Counted from the first letter of the stretch, positions 46,707 through 57,500 are shown. The stretch is DNA of 64,000 nt from Candidatus Latescibacterota bacterium (GCA_965200315.1 OZ241362.1:2016001-2080000), one strand, 5' to 3'. The notes: generated from the sequence alone by a model not told the origin. Made by a program: numbers and translations.

Positions 46707-48443
46707 ATGAGAAAATTTCTCCAAAAGACAAAACTCGCCGCTTGGGGCTTGCTCGGCGGCTTGGCGCTCGCCGCCTGTGGCTCTGACGAGGCGGGCATAA
46801 AGAACGTCCCGCGCAACCGCACCCTCATCCTCGGCCTGCCGCAGATGCGGGACTACGACTCGTTTAACCCCTTTATCGTCGGCACCCAATCCCCGGGCTT
46901 TGACTACCTGTTTGAGCCTCTTTACTTCTACAACGCGTACGTAGCCAAAGACCACGTCATACCTTGGATCGCCGCAAGCCACGAGTACAACGCAGACTAC
47001 ACGGAAGTAACGATCCACATCCGCGAGGGAGTGCGGTGGAGCGATGGGCGGCCTTGGAGTGCCCACGATCTCAAGTTCACAGTTGACATGCTCAAGGCCC
47101 ACGCCCCGGAGCTGGCCTTTTCCACCGACATGGACACTTGGGTCGCCACAGTCGAAGTCCCGGATTCGCTGACGGCGCGGTTTGTGCTCAAAGCGCCCAA
47201 CCCCCGCTTTGTATTCTCCTATTTTACCTACAACTTCGGCAACGGCATCCACATCGTGCCCAAGCACATCTGGGCGGGCGAGGACCCGACCTCGTTCAAA
47301 AACCTCGACTTGGCCCGCGGCCTGCCGGTCGTTAGCGGCCCCTATCGCTTGGCGCGCTCCGATCCCCAGCAGCGGCTCTGGGATCTGCGCGAGGACTGGT
47401 GGGCCGCCCAAATCGGCTTTCAGCGCTTGCCGAGGGTCGAGCGCATCATCTACCTGCCTCAAGGCGACGAGAACAAGTGGGTTCAGCTCATCCTCGCCAA
47501 CCAGATGGACCAGTGCATCGACTTGCGGCCCTCCAACATCAAAACCCTCCTCGAGCAAAACCCCAACGTCACCACGTGGTCGGGCCGCCAACTGCCCTAC
47601 GGCTACCGAGACTGGTGGCCGCCGGCCCTCGGCTTTAACAACCTAGAGCCGCCTTTCGACGACCCGGACATCCGCTGGGCCGTAAACCACGCCATCAACC
47701 GCGAACAACTCGTGGCCATCGGCTGGCAAGGGGCCGGCGAGTACACCCTGTTGCCATTCCCCCACTTCCCACCGCTGATGCGCTATATCGACGAAGTTCA
47801 GGATCTGCTAGCAAAGTACCCAGTGGGGAAACACGACCTAGCCCAGACCGCAGCCATCATGGAGCGCAAGGGCTGGAGCAGGGATGCGGAAGGGATGTGG
47901 CAGCAAAACGGCAAGCGTCTGAAAATCCCGGTCGTCGTCTTCCCCTCCCTTTTCCAAGACTTCACGCCCGTGCTCGTCGAGCAACTGCGCCGCGCGGGTT
48001 TCGACGCCTCCTTCCGCATGTTCTCCGACGCCTATACTCGCATGACTCAGGGCACGGCCCGCGCCTTTGTGATGGGTAACGGCGGCTCGGTGCGCGACCC
48101 GTACTTCACCCTCCGGCTCTACCACAGCCGCTACGTCCAACCCACCGGCACGGCCACTCCGTATTTCTGGCGCTGGCGCAACGCGGATTTCGACCGCCTC
48201 GTCGATCAGATGGGCCAGACCGCACCCGACGACCCAGCACTCGTGCCGCTGTTTCGCCAAGCCCTCGAAATCTGGCTGGCCGAATTGCCGGCGATTCCTT
48301 TGCTCCAGTGGTTCCACCGCATTCCCCACAACCAAACCTATTGGACAAACTGGCCCTCGGCCGAAAACCCCTACATGAACAGTGCCTATTGGGTGCGCTC
48401 GTTCTTGATAGTGCTGTTGGGATTGGAAGCGACGCAGCGTTGA
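46707..48443 (+). CDS. ABC transporter substrate-binding lipoprotein, family 5 (orphan)
   Basis: Lipobox LALAAC; IREGVRWSDG.P.SA.D..FT, VSGPYRL, PFDDPDIRWAVNHAINRE, ELPAIPL. No permease or ATPase adjacent. Confidence 0.9.
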   Translation: MRKFLQKTKLAAWGLLGGLALAACGSDEAGIKNVPRNRTLILGLPQMRDYDSFNPFIVGTQSPGFDYLFEPLYFYNAYVAKDHVIPWIAASHEYNADYTEVTIHIREGVRWSDGRPWSAHDLKFTVDMLKAHAPELAFSTDMDTWVATVEVPDSLTARFVLKAPNPRFVFSYFTYNFGNGIHIVPKHIWAGEDPTSFKNLDLARGLPVVSGPYRLARSDPQQRLWDLREDWWAAQIGFQRLPRVERIIYLPQGDENKWVQLILANQMDQCIDLRPSNIKTLLEQNPNVTTWSGRQLPYGYRDWWPPALGFNNLEPPFDDPDIRWAVNHAINREQLVAIGWQGAGEYTLLPFPHFPPLMRYIDEVQDLLAKYPVGKHDLAQTAAIMERKGWSRDAEGMWQQNGKRLKIPVVVFPSLFQDFTPVLVEQLRRAGFDASFRMFSDAYTRMTQGTARAFVMGNGGSVRDPYFTLRLYHSRYVQPTGTATPYFWRWRNADFDRLVDQMGQTAPDDPALVPLFRQALEIWLAELPAIPLLQWFHRIPHNQTYWTNWPSAENPYMNSAYWVRSFLIVLLGLEATQR

Positions 48444-48444
48444 G
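48403..48444 (+). repeat. left copy of island-bounding direct repeat (SBP gene 3' end); right copy 52866-52907
   Basis: tcttgatagtgctgttgggattggaagcgacgcagcgttgag vs tcttgagcgtactgttgggattggagccgacgcagccttgag (36/42). Confidence 0.8.
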
Positions 48445-48477
48445 ATGGAGGCTTCTAGGAAGAATTCGGCTGCTCCG

Positions 48478-49165
48478 CTATTGCAATACCAGCGAATCAA
48501 GCAGTGATTTCCTAGCCTCCCAATCGGGCATACAGCGGTTGAGCAGTCGGAAGAACTCAGGACTGTGGGCGTGGACGCGCCGATGGCAGAGCTCGTGCAT
48601 GATGACGTACTCGATGCAGTGCAAGGGCGTCTTAATGAGTTCAGTACTGAGGGTGATGGTTCCTCTTCTAGAACAGCTACCCCAACGCCTAGTCATCTGT
48701 CGGATTCTCAAGGTAGGTGCTGTCCCCGCAAGGACGGTGCAATCTCTAGGCAGCGAGCCATTCGCTCCCGGAAGATGGACTCAGCGTGCGCGCGATACCA
48801 AGTGTCAAGTGCTGTGCGAACACACCGAGGCTCTTCCGGCTCTGGGACAGAGACATTCAAGAAACGACCGACTAGCTTGACCTCAACGTCGCAGGCGCGG
48901 CGAACTTTCAGCCGATACTGACGCCCGAGATAGAGATGGGTCTCTCAAGAGACGAATCGTTTGGTTTCCGGCAGTGGATGAAAAGCCTCGAAATGACGAC
49001 GCTGCTTGGCAATCCACGCCCGTCGGCTCTTAAGATGCTCTAGCACCTCCTCTAGGGAGTAACCCACAGGTGCCGACGCCGTCACCGAGCAGTCGGGGTG
49101 AACTGAGATTGACAGGTGTCGGCACTTTTTGAATTTGAGCTCGACCGGGATTTGTTTACCTGCTT
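48478..49165 (-). pseudogene. M48/YgjP (SprT-like) metallopeptidase, with in-frame stop and frameshift
   Basis: LSISVHPDCSVTASAP...RFVS*ETHLYLGRQYRL...WYRAHA, frameshift near 48715, then MTRRWGSCS...[20 protein letters not shown]. Confidence 0.8.
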
Positions 49166-49207
49166 TGCGAAATCAACGGTTCCGCGCTGGCCGTCATCGA
49201 ACTCTAT

Positions 49208-50236
49208 CTACTCTTTGGGGGAGCTAGTAGACAGCGTTCTCATAATCGAATCTATGGTCATCTTCGGTCTGGATACATTGTCGTCTTCGCGGTGAAGCAA
49301 ACCAGAGCTACCGAACTGAATTACAGACTCTACGAGTTGACCCAATATCAAATCTCTTTGTTCTGGTGTAACGGCTGACTCGACAAAGGATCCGATGCTA
49401 TTCGCAACACGTTGTCGGTGCCGATTCTTCTCACTCATATGCAGATGTGCACGGAGTATTTTTAAGCAAAAGGCCGCTGCAGTCCCAACAGCCGTGAGTA
49501 TGGAGACCCTAATTGCACTATGGTATATTACATGCCACCGCCATTGATCAGGAAGATCAACATTTGCGAAGTATATAGCACTACCAATAAAACCAGCGAC
49601 ACAGACTGCACTCAACCCTGACCACAGTTTTACCTTTCGATCAAGCGTAGTCTGGGCCTCACGAAACTGTTTCTGGGCCTCTTCTACGGAGGTTCCGGCA
49701 GCAGTTCGTCTTGCGCTATTCTCGATCTGCTCCGCGCGGGCATTTGCCTCATCAATGGTTTTTTGCGCCTTGTTCTGAACCTGTTGTAAGGCGCTCTCCG
49801 AATCTTTCTTTATGGAATTTATTGTACGTTCGTATTCGCGACGAACACCTTCATCTTCAAGGAAACCGCGTGATTCGACTGCAGCAGTTACGAGCGGTGG
49901 CCAATACTGCTTTAGGTCCTCAAGGTAAGTGTCAATGTTTGCCAAGAATTGGGATTTATGTGCTACATAATCCGCATTTGACCAGTTCGCCTGCTCTTCC
50001 ATTGCCGATTTAATGTTCTCAAGCAGCCCCAAGATACGTTGTACCTGCTTGTCATGTACATCGGAAGCGTATTGTAGTACAAATTCAAATCTGCGCTGAA
50101 TTTCCTCTAATCGGGGAACAAAGACCTCTTGAAGAGCCTCCTCGCCGAGCGAAGGGCGAAGTAGTCTGTCTTTATCAATGTTCTCGATCTGATTCGCCAG
50201 ATTTTTCAACTGATTGATTAGATCTTCGCTAGCCAT
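49208..50236 (-). CDS. coiled-coil plus 2-TM hypothetical protein in the R-M island
   Basis: 342 aa, lower GC; long helical N-terminus, two hydrophobic segments, C-terminal RAHLHMSEKNRHRQ...RDLIL. Confidence 0.7.
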   Translation of the reverse strand: MASEDLINQLKNLANQIENIDKDRLLRPSLGEEALQEVFVPRLEEIQRRFEFVLQYASDVHDKQVQRILGLLENIKSAMEEQANWSNADYVAHKSQFLANIDTYLEDLKQYWPPLVTAAVESRGFLEDEGVRREYERTINSIKKDSESALQQVQNKAQKTIDEANARAEQIENSARRTAAGTSVEEAQKQFREAQTTLDRKVKLWSGLSAVCVAGFIGSAIYFANVDLPDQWRWHVIYHSAIRVSILTAVGTAAAFCLKILRAHLHMSEKNRHRQRVANSIGSFVESAVTPEQRDLILGQLVESVIQFGSSGLLHREDDNVSRPKMTIDSIMRTLSTSSPKE

Positions 50237-50380
50237 ATTTCACCTTCTTGTAAAATTTAGTTGCATGGCAAACACTATGAAGTGAAGTTCATCTTTGCTG
50301 CTATCGCAGCGGTTTGTGGTCTTGGCGCACTCGTCGTTTTTCTTTATGAAGACATGATTCAGCTAGTTTCCGCACGAAGT

Positions 50381-50625
50381 TCATTCGGCAGTAGTTTCTG
50401 CATCAAGCCGTGCTTTAGACAACGCAATGAAGCGAGCTTCTGTTCTAATTTGGGTATCCAAAGATGGAGGCTTCGCCGTTCTGGGATTTACTTCCGCTAG
50501 GTCACTTATGCTTCGCTCACACCATTGTGTATTACAATCCAGTAACCGGCGCTTGCCCGTGAGCAATAACTTAGCGAGTCCCTTCTTGAGTTTTCGCTTT
50601 GCTTCTATGAGGGCTAGAACACTTC
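50381..50625 (-). pseudogene. hsdS: type I R-M specificity subunit fragment
   Basis: LIEAKRKLKKGLAKLLLTGKRRL....QWCERSISDLAEVNP matches the conserved central spacer of HsdS. Confidence 0.65.
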
Positions 50626-50636
50626 CCTCACAAATC

Positions 50637-50673
50637 CAACTCCTTTAGATACCCCTCCAGCTCAGCCTCAGCT
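50637..50673 (+). repeat. perfect 37-bp direct repeat of the hsdM 3' end (second copy 52206-52242)
   Basis: caactcctttagatacccctccagctcagcctcagct occurs at both sites, flanking the Fic gene. Confidence 0.9.
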
Positions 50674-50685
50674 ATTGTCATCAAC

Positions 50686-52200
50686 CTATTTCGACCCTTG
50701 CGACAGATTGTCGATTTCATCCATCATGCAACGACAAATCGCCGCGACCGTGAGGTCCACTTCAGCGTCTCGACCGTCGAGTTCCAAATAAGGGATGTGA
50801 TGGCCTATGGCTGTGAGAGGGCTTCCGTCGATCTCTGCCTCAAACGAGAATTTTTCTCCGCCCAGCTTCCAGATAACTGACAGCTTTAAGTTGAAATCAT
50901 GGTTCCCTGTCCCTATGTATCTGTGGAAGCTGTACTCCGCTCCTAGCTCGACTTGTTGCTCGTCGCTAAGTGCAAAGCCCGGCCGTACTAAGTACTTCTT
51001 TGTCTGTTCCCATTGATTGGTTCCGAGTACGCCACCGTATACGCGGCCGCTCCTGCTAGGTACTACGTATTTGTGTATGCTATAATCACTAAACAGCTCG
51101 TAGCCTTGCCGTTCGCATAGCCCGTCCAGCTTTTCGAGCACTGGATTAACATGACGGAAGAATACCTGATCCAGCACTTCAACATCAGAGTTATTCGGTG
51201 CTGGCCCTCTTCTCTTTTGAATAAAGACGTCCATTTCTTTATCCATATCATCGGGTTTGCGAATCGATTCGCCTTTCGCAGCCCGGATCGCCAATTCAAT
51301 CGACCATGAGACGTTTTCCAGCATGAATTGGGCGAGCGGCAACATACGACCTACATCGGCGTTCTGGAGCCCGCTGATATAGCGGTCTCGGTCTTCGCTC
51401 TTGATCACGATAGGCGGCAGATTATTACGAAGCAAAGCGTAATTGGCAAGTAGCCGTGCGGTGCGCCCATTTCCGTCGTCGAATGGATGGATATGGATAA
51501 AACTCCAGTGCGATTCAGCTAGGAACAACGGCAGAGGATAGGCACTCCGCTCCAAGTTACGCCGAAAATCACGAGTCCATTCCTCCATTAATGGGGGCGT
51601 TTCCTCGGGTTCGGCGAAGCGATGGAGTTCTCCAGTCGCCGTCCGCACGTGATTAGTCTGTGTCTTGTATTGGCCCGGAACAATGCGCTTCTGCGTCGGT
51701 TGACCATCCGGCGTCTCCGCGTATTTCAAGAAGGGTTCCTTGAGGATAATTTTGTTTAGCTGTCTTATATCGCTCTCCCCAATAACCTGTTCCTCGCCTG
51801 CGAGCGATCGCGTATAGTCGATCGCAACATCGTGCGCCTTCATTTCCTCGTAGTCCCGCATCGGGTGCCCGCCCGCCGTGCGACCGTGGATGAGCAGCAG
51901 TTCGGTCTCGTGGTAGGTCAGCGTGTTGCCCTCGATATGGTTGCTGTTGTAATTCCATTCGAGTCTGAGTTTTCTCCAGATCCGTTCGTCATCAGCGCTC
52001 TTCATGCCTTCGCGCCGCTCGTGCCATTCCGCAATCGCCGCCTCCAAATCCGCCAAGCGTTCAAAGAGACGAACGTGCTCAATAGTTAGGCTCGGAAGGT
52101 CGATACCTAGCGAGCGAGATTCGGCGATCCAGCGGGCCATTCGCTCTTTGGCTCCGGCGTCGGCTTCGAGCGCAGAAAGCGCATCCAGCACGTTATTCAT
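50686..52200 (-). CDS. fic: Fic-domain protein with uncharacterised C-terminal extension
   Basis: NYNSNHIEGNTLT (inhibitory-helix type motif) and IHPFDDGNGRTAR Fic motif; ATGA overlap with the hsdM stop. Confidence 0.88.
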   Translation of the reverse strand: MNNVLDALSALEADAGAKERMARWIAESRSLGIDLPSLTIEHVRLFERLADLEAAIAEWHERREGMKSADDERIWRKLRLEWNYNSNHIEGNTLTYHETELLLIHGRTAGGHPMRDYEEMKAHDVAIDYTRSLAGEEQVIGESDIRQLNKIILKEPFLKYAETPDGQPTQKRIVPGQYKTQTNHVRTATGELHRFAEPEETPPLMEEWTRDFRRNLERSAYPLPLFLAESHWSFIHIHPFDDGNGRTARLLANYALLRNNLPPIVIKSEDRDRYISGLQNADVGRMLPLAQFMLENVSWSIELAIRAAKGESIRKPDDMDKEMDVFIQKRRGPAPNNSDVEVLDQVFFRHVNPVLEKLDGLCERQGYELFSDYSIHKYVVPSRSGRVYGGVLGTNQWEQTKKYLVRPGFALSDEQQVELGAEYSFHRYIGTGNHDFNLKLSVIWKLGGEKFSFEAEIDGSPLTAIGHHIPYLELDGRDAEVDLTVAAICRCMMDEIDNLSQGSK

Positions 52201-52695
52201 AGATTCAACTCCTTTAGATACCCCTCCAGCTCAGCCTCAGCTTCGGCAAGCTCGGTCTCAAGCTCCACGATCTCCTGGCGCACAGCCGCGATATCCACCT
52301 CCGGCTCCGGCTCGTAAGTATCCACATAGCGGGGAATGTTGAGGTTGAAATCATTCTCGACGATCTTGTCGATGTCCTGCGCCCGGAGCCGGTTCTGGTT
52401 CTTGTCGTCTTGGAACTCCCGGCTGGCGTCAATGAAGAGCACGTGCTTCTCGCGGTCGGTGCCTTAACTCAACCTGGGGCATGACGAAGCGCTCTCGGCT
52501 GAGTGCCCGCTCGTCTCCCTGATGGCGCTCGCGGTACTGTTCTTGCCTGTCTTTCCACAGGTCGGACAGGTACTTAATGAAGAGCATTACCAAGATATAG
52601 TCCTTGTACTGGGTGGGATCGAGCGTCCCGCGAAACGTGTCGCACGCCTGCCAGACGATTTCGTTGATCTCCTGCTGGGCGATACCTGTTGCCAT
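52197..52695 (-). pseudogene. hsdM: type I R-M methyltransferase with the catalytic core deleted
   Basis: N-terminal EINEIVWQACDTFRGTLDPTQYKDYILVMLFIKYLSD joined out of frame to C-terminal VLFIDAS.EF...KNQNRL...ENDFNLNIPRYVD...YLKEL. Confidence 0.88.
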
Positions 52696-52920
52696 GCTCT
52701 CTACTCCCTCACTTTTTCGCTTGATGGACTGCATGTTGGCATACCATCTGGATATATTGCTCGCGCTTTTCGTCAAGTTGTCGCCTAATGCATTTTATCT
52801 TGTGCCAGAGCTCCAAGATTCGCTCAATATCGTGCTGCACAGTGAGGGTTGGAACTTTGTCAACATCTTGAGCGTACTGTTGGGATTGGAGCCGACGCAG
52901 CCTTGAGTGAGAAAAAGAGG

Positions 52921-53381
52921 TTATTTGATGTACAGTAGCGGCTGCCGGTACACTTGAGAGCCGACGCGCAAACGCGCCCAATAGACCCCGGAGGCCACCA
53001 GACGCCCTTGGTCGTTGCGGGCATCCCACCCAGCTAGGTAGCGACCCACCCCCCGGCCGACGGTCAGTTGGCGCACCAATTGGCCATCGACCCCGTAAAA
53101 GGTATGGTATCAAAGCAAATGGCCACTTCGCCGGCGTTGGAGCGATCATTGGCGGGGCCATCGCCAGCTAGGGCCGAAATCACCAGATCGGCGCGCCCGT
53201 CGCCATCGAGATCGCCGGCAGTAATAGGAGTGCCGAATTCGGCATCATTGACGTCCGGGTTGTACACTGTGAACTGGCCCGTCTGAGCGGTATCGGCCAG
53301 ATCCCACACGTGAACTATTTGGGCCGAAACCGGGATGGCTAGACAGCACAGGACCGACGACAGAGTGGCCGCGTATTTCAT
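52921..53381 (-). pseudogene. FG-GAP (integrin-alpha-like) secreted protein with FlgD tail, middle deleted
   Basis: Signal peptide plus FGTPITAGDLDGDGRADLVISA..GDG...SNAGEV. A different frame continues FYGVDGQLVRQL...WDARNDQGRLVASGVYWARL...LLYIK* (TAA 52921). Confidence 0.75.
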
Positions 53382-53440
53382 AGAAATTCTCCGCGAAAAA
53401 ACTTGGCGAACTACTGAATATGCCAAGGTCAAAAGTTGAA

Positions 53441-53821
53441 TTACCAAACAGCCTGTGAATAAAATGCGCGGATAGCGGAATCCGAAGTGACGAGCGGGCA
53501 GGCATGCAGACTGGCCAGAGCGACAATGGTGCGGTCAGCAGGGTCGCGATGATCCCAGTCAAGTTCGAGATTTTTGATCCAAGTCTGGACGTCTACCGGG
53601 AGAATATAGAGGCGGTCAATTTGTTCCAGTTTATCGGTGAATTCCTCGATGGAAATCGGTATGGAGAGCTGTTCTTTTTTTACTTTAATGCCAATTTCCC
53701 AAATAGAGATCGAACTAAGAGCAATGCGGTCGGCGTCCGCGATCGCTTGTGCTGCGGTTCGAGATAGCCGATCTCGATTTAGCGTCCAGAATACGAGGGC
53801 CGAAGTATCCAAGACGATCAC
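53441..53821 (-). CDS. vapC: PIN-domain toxin VapC
   Basis: GTG 53821 VIVLDTSALVFW, LSSISIWEIGIK, HRDPADRTIVA. Confidence 0.9.
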   Translation of the reverse strand: MIVLDTSALVFWTLNRDRLSRTAAQAIADADRIALSSISIWEIGIKVKKEQLSIPISIEEFTDKLEQIDRLYILPVDVQTWIKNLELDWDHRDPADRTIVALASLHACPLVTSDSAIRAFYSQAVW

Positions 53822-54051
53822 GCCAGCGCTCCCCATTCGTCCGTGGTCGGCGTATTGATGTCTTCTCGATAGACAACTTTGCCCTGAATCGCTCCGAACA
53901 CCTCTTCCACGGTCTTTTTTGTCGCAATCGGCTGAATGCGCAACACAGGGCGATTGTGATCTGTCACCACCCATTCTTCGCCAGTTTCTTCAATCTCGCG
54001 AAAGATGCGAAGCATATTGGCTTTCAATTTACTTTTTGAAATAGAAGGCAT
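53818..54051 (-). CDS. Phd/YefM-type antitoxin (VapB)
   Basis: MPSISKSKLKANMLRIFREIEETGEEWVVTDHNRPVLRIQP; overlaps vapC by GTGA. Confidence 0.85.
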   Translation of the reverse strand: MPSISKSKLKANMLRIFREIEETGEEWVVTDHNRPVLRIQPIATKKTVEEVFGAIQGKVVYREDINTPTTDEWGALA

Positions 54052-54071
54052 TTCCCTTCCTTTTTGATGTA

Positions 54072-54101
54072 TTATGACCATAGTTATGACTATGGTCATA
54101 A
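54072..54101. promoter_or_regulatory. palindromic operator of the vapBC operon
   Basis: TTATGACCATAGT-tatg-ACTATGGTCATAA is a perfect 13-bp inverted repeat about 20 bp upstream of the antitoxin; minus-strand TTGACA at 54122-54127. Confidence 0.75.
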
Positions 54102-54240
54102 AATGCACAAAACCTCTTTGTTGTCAAGGTCACAGACTGCGACCGATCCGATACCTGCTCATTAGCTGGCTGACGACAAAGGCGCAGAGCAGAGAACATA
54201 TCGTCAGCCAGATCAGCCATTCGATTCCAGCGCGGGGATA

Positions 54241-54489
54241 CTCGACGTACATGCGGCCCCAACCAGAATCGTCTTTTAGAGGCAGCGCACGCGGGGCGAA
54301 ATCCTGATTGACGACAAAAAGGTGAGCGCGGAAGAACTGCCGGCTAGGCTGAAGGAACTCTTTCCGCCTGAAGCCGATGTGGAGCGTCGGGTCGTGTTTA
54401 CGGGATCCGGGGAAGTCCCATATCGAGATGTGATCGCCGTACTCGATCTGCTCAAGGAAAACGGCGTCGAAACCATCGGCATCCGTTGA
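54241..54489 (+). pseudogene. exbD: ExbD/TolR periplasmic-domain remnant
   Basis: ...RIVF*RQRTRGEILIDDKKVSAEELPARLKELF...VVFTGSGEVPYRDVIAVLDLLKENGVETIGIR*; no intact start or TM segment. Confidence 0.6.
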
Positions 54490-54502
54490 GCCTAACTCGC
54501 AG

Positions 54503-57500
54503 CTAGCGCAACAACACCATCCGCCGCACCAAGACCCCACCCGGCGTCGTCAAACGCGCGATATAGACCCCACTCGCCAGATCGGCTCTGTCAAACCGCA
54601 CCGCATGGCTTCCACCGTCTAGCCCCTCGTTGACCACGACGTCCACCCGTTGCCCTAAGATGTCGAAAACCTCCAACCGCACTGCCATGCGCTCCGGGAG
54701 CATAAAGCGGATATGGACCATCGGGTTAAAGGGATTGGGATAGGGCGGATACAGGATGGGCTGACCGGGCAACGGCCCTTGTGAACTCGACTCGGCATCT
54801 ATTGAGGTGGCCGGGGGACGGGACACCCCCGGGCCTTGGAAATCAATCCAATTGATATTGAACAAGCCGTCGTCCCCCGGATTGCGCAGGAAAATGAAAA
54901 ACAACTCGTGGGTGCCGCCCGGGTCTGCAATAGGTGCCTCTAGGTTGGTGTAAACTTGCCAGGCGCCCGTACCGCTCGTGCGCACCGTGCTAATCGGCGG
55001 CCCCTTCGGCGAATCAACGCGAACTTCGATGCGCCCCCCCAGCCCGGCCGAAGCCACCCGATAGTTGAGCCACTCAATGCCCTCCAGATTCACGGGCGCA
55101 AAGGAAATCCAGTCGCCGTGGGCGATAAAGCCGATATTCTGCCCGCCGCCGGCCTCGTCTCCGGTCGTTTCTAACAGGACTCCGCTCTGGCGCGTATAGT
55201 GCTCGGCTTGCTTGCGCTTGGGTTGCAGAATGTGGCCCCCTCTACCGGTCAAAGGAGCCACCGACTCCGCGCCCAAATCTGTATAGCGCGCCTCGACCGT
55301 ATAAAACAAATCGTCGCCATCGCCGCCGTGCCCGGCCTCGGTCTGAAAGCTACCGCTGCAAGTGCCGTATTCCTCAAGGGGATGGCTGTGCTCATCGTGG
55401 CCGATAAACGCTTGCAATACCACCCGAGCGCAGTCGGCGGTCCCGTCCTCCTCGTCAAAGGCCCGGACTTCAAAATCGACGACTTCTCCCCAGCTAAAAA
55501 AACCGCCATCCGGGGGCCGCACGATCTCCACTTGGGGGACGGTATTGCCAACCGAGATCGGCACTTGCGCCACGCCTTGGTTGCCCTCGGCGTCCGAGAC
55601 CGTTAGCTGGGCAATGTAGTCGCCGCTTACCTCGTAGGTGAAGACGACCTCTAACCCCGTCGCGTCAATCTCGCCATCGCCGGTAAAATCCCAAGCAAAG
55701 TCTAGCACCGAGCCCGGGTCGGGATCAAAGGAATTGCTTCCCGAAAAATGCACTTCCAACGGCGCAGCACCGTTGGTGGGTACCGCTTCAACGCGGGACA
55801 CCGGCGCTCGCGTACCCCGCACGTAGTCAATCCGCACCACGCGGGCGTCGTCGTTGTCGCCCCAAAAACCGCTGCCCCACTCCAACACGTACAGCGAGCC
55901 GTCGGGACCAAACTGCATGGAGATGGGCCGGATGAATTCCATGCCGTCCAAAAAGGGATTGATCTTGAGGATGTGCCCGTCCTCGTCCAACTTGACTTCT
56001 TTAATCCAATTGCTCGCCCACTCGTACATAAAGAGCGTGCCGTCGTAATACGCCGGCAGCTTTTTGCTACCCGCTGCGGCATCATAGTAGTACACCGGGC
56101 CAGCCAGCGCCGTGCGGCCGCTGTCGGCGGTGATTTCGGGAAACGCGGACGAGGGGCCGTACGGATACCAAACCCACGCCGCCTGCGCCGGGGGCAGCGA
56201 TTGCAGGCCCGTGTTATTGGGGGACAGATTCCGCGGTGCCCCGCAATCGAAGGGCATACCGGAGCTTTCGTTGGCAAAATCGTAGTCAACGTAAGCCTCA
56301 TTGTCGCCAATGCAGTAGGGCCAGCCAAAATTGCCCGCCCCCCGCGCCTGGTTCCATTCGTCCAGACCGATCGGCCCCCGCTGGGGGTCGGCTTGGCGGG
56401 CGTCGGGGCCGACATCGCCCCAGTAGAGCCAGCCGCTTTTGCGGTCAATCGACAGCCGGAAGGGGTTGCGCACGCCCATGACGTAAATCTCGGGGCGGCC
56501 TTCTTCGGCCTTGGCGAACAAATTCCCCGGGGGAATACTGTAGCTACCATCATCTTGAGATTTGATGCGCAGGATTTTGCCGCGCAAATCGGCACTATTA
56601 GCTGACGTGCGCTGGGCGTCCCAATCGCTTCGACCCGGACGCTCGTCCAACGGACTGAACCCATCCGAATCAAAGGGGTTGGTATTATCGCCAACGCCGA
56701 TATGCAGATTCCCGTCCGGGCCAAACGCCAGTGCCCCGCCCGAATGGCAGCACGCACGCCGCTGGGTGGGAATCTCCAGCAACACGACTTCGGAATCCAA
56801 AACCAGTTCGTCGCCATCTAACTCAAAGCGGGATACATGCTGCTTGGCCTCTTCGCCGCGTGGCGAGTAAAACAGATAAAGCCAATTGTTGCGGACAAAA
56901 TCTGGGTCTAAGGCAATGCCCAGCAGGCCGTCCTCAAAGTCGGTCGAAACCGCTAGCTGTCCGGCCAAGCGAGTCAATCCGAGGTCGGGCCGATATACGT
57001 TCAACTCCCCCTTGCGCTCGATGAAGAACACGCGCCCGTCGGGAGCCACGGCCAAGTCGATGGGATTTTCAGCCTCGCTGTCGAGGACGACCTTTGCAAA
57101 ATTGGTATCCAACGTGGCCCCGCAATCGGCCACAGTCACTCCAGTGGCGTACTCGATGCCGCCGAGGATATGCTGCATAAACAAAGGCTCGCCGTAGCTT
57201 TCGCGGGTGTGGCCGCCGCCGGTGTACCAAGAGCGGCCGCCTTCGTAGTCGTGGCACCAAGCAATGGGGTGGTCAAAGCCGTGATTGCCGCCTCTGTAGC
57301 TGCCCTCGTCCAAGGTGGCCAAGACGTGAACGCGCCCGCGGGGATTGCGGCGGTAATTGTACCACTCGTCGCGCCGCTGCCAGCGAGCGGACAAATGGCT
57401 GGTGGCCGGATGCACTCGGTCGGCCACTTGGATTTGGGCCTGCTGGATAGCCGGATGGCTGTCGAAATAAGCCCCCACCAAGTCGCCATACCAAGCCCAG

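Noticed and set aside
48444-52865. Functional type I R-M system or prophage
   Set aside because: hsdM and hsdS are fragments and hsdR is absent. There are no integrase or phage structural genes.
52760-52870. XRE HTH remnant upstream of hsdM (YAQDVDKVPTLTV)
   Set aside because: Too short and degenerate to support.
3277-54279. Amber (TAG) recoding, suggested by in-frame TAGs in four relics (3277, 10487, 20834, 54277)
   Set aside because: Many intact genes end normally in TAG (prpD, crcB, 38266, 32387), and the affected ORFs show other damage. Ordinary pseudogenisation explains it.
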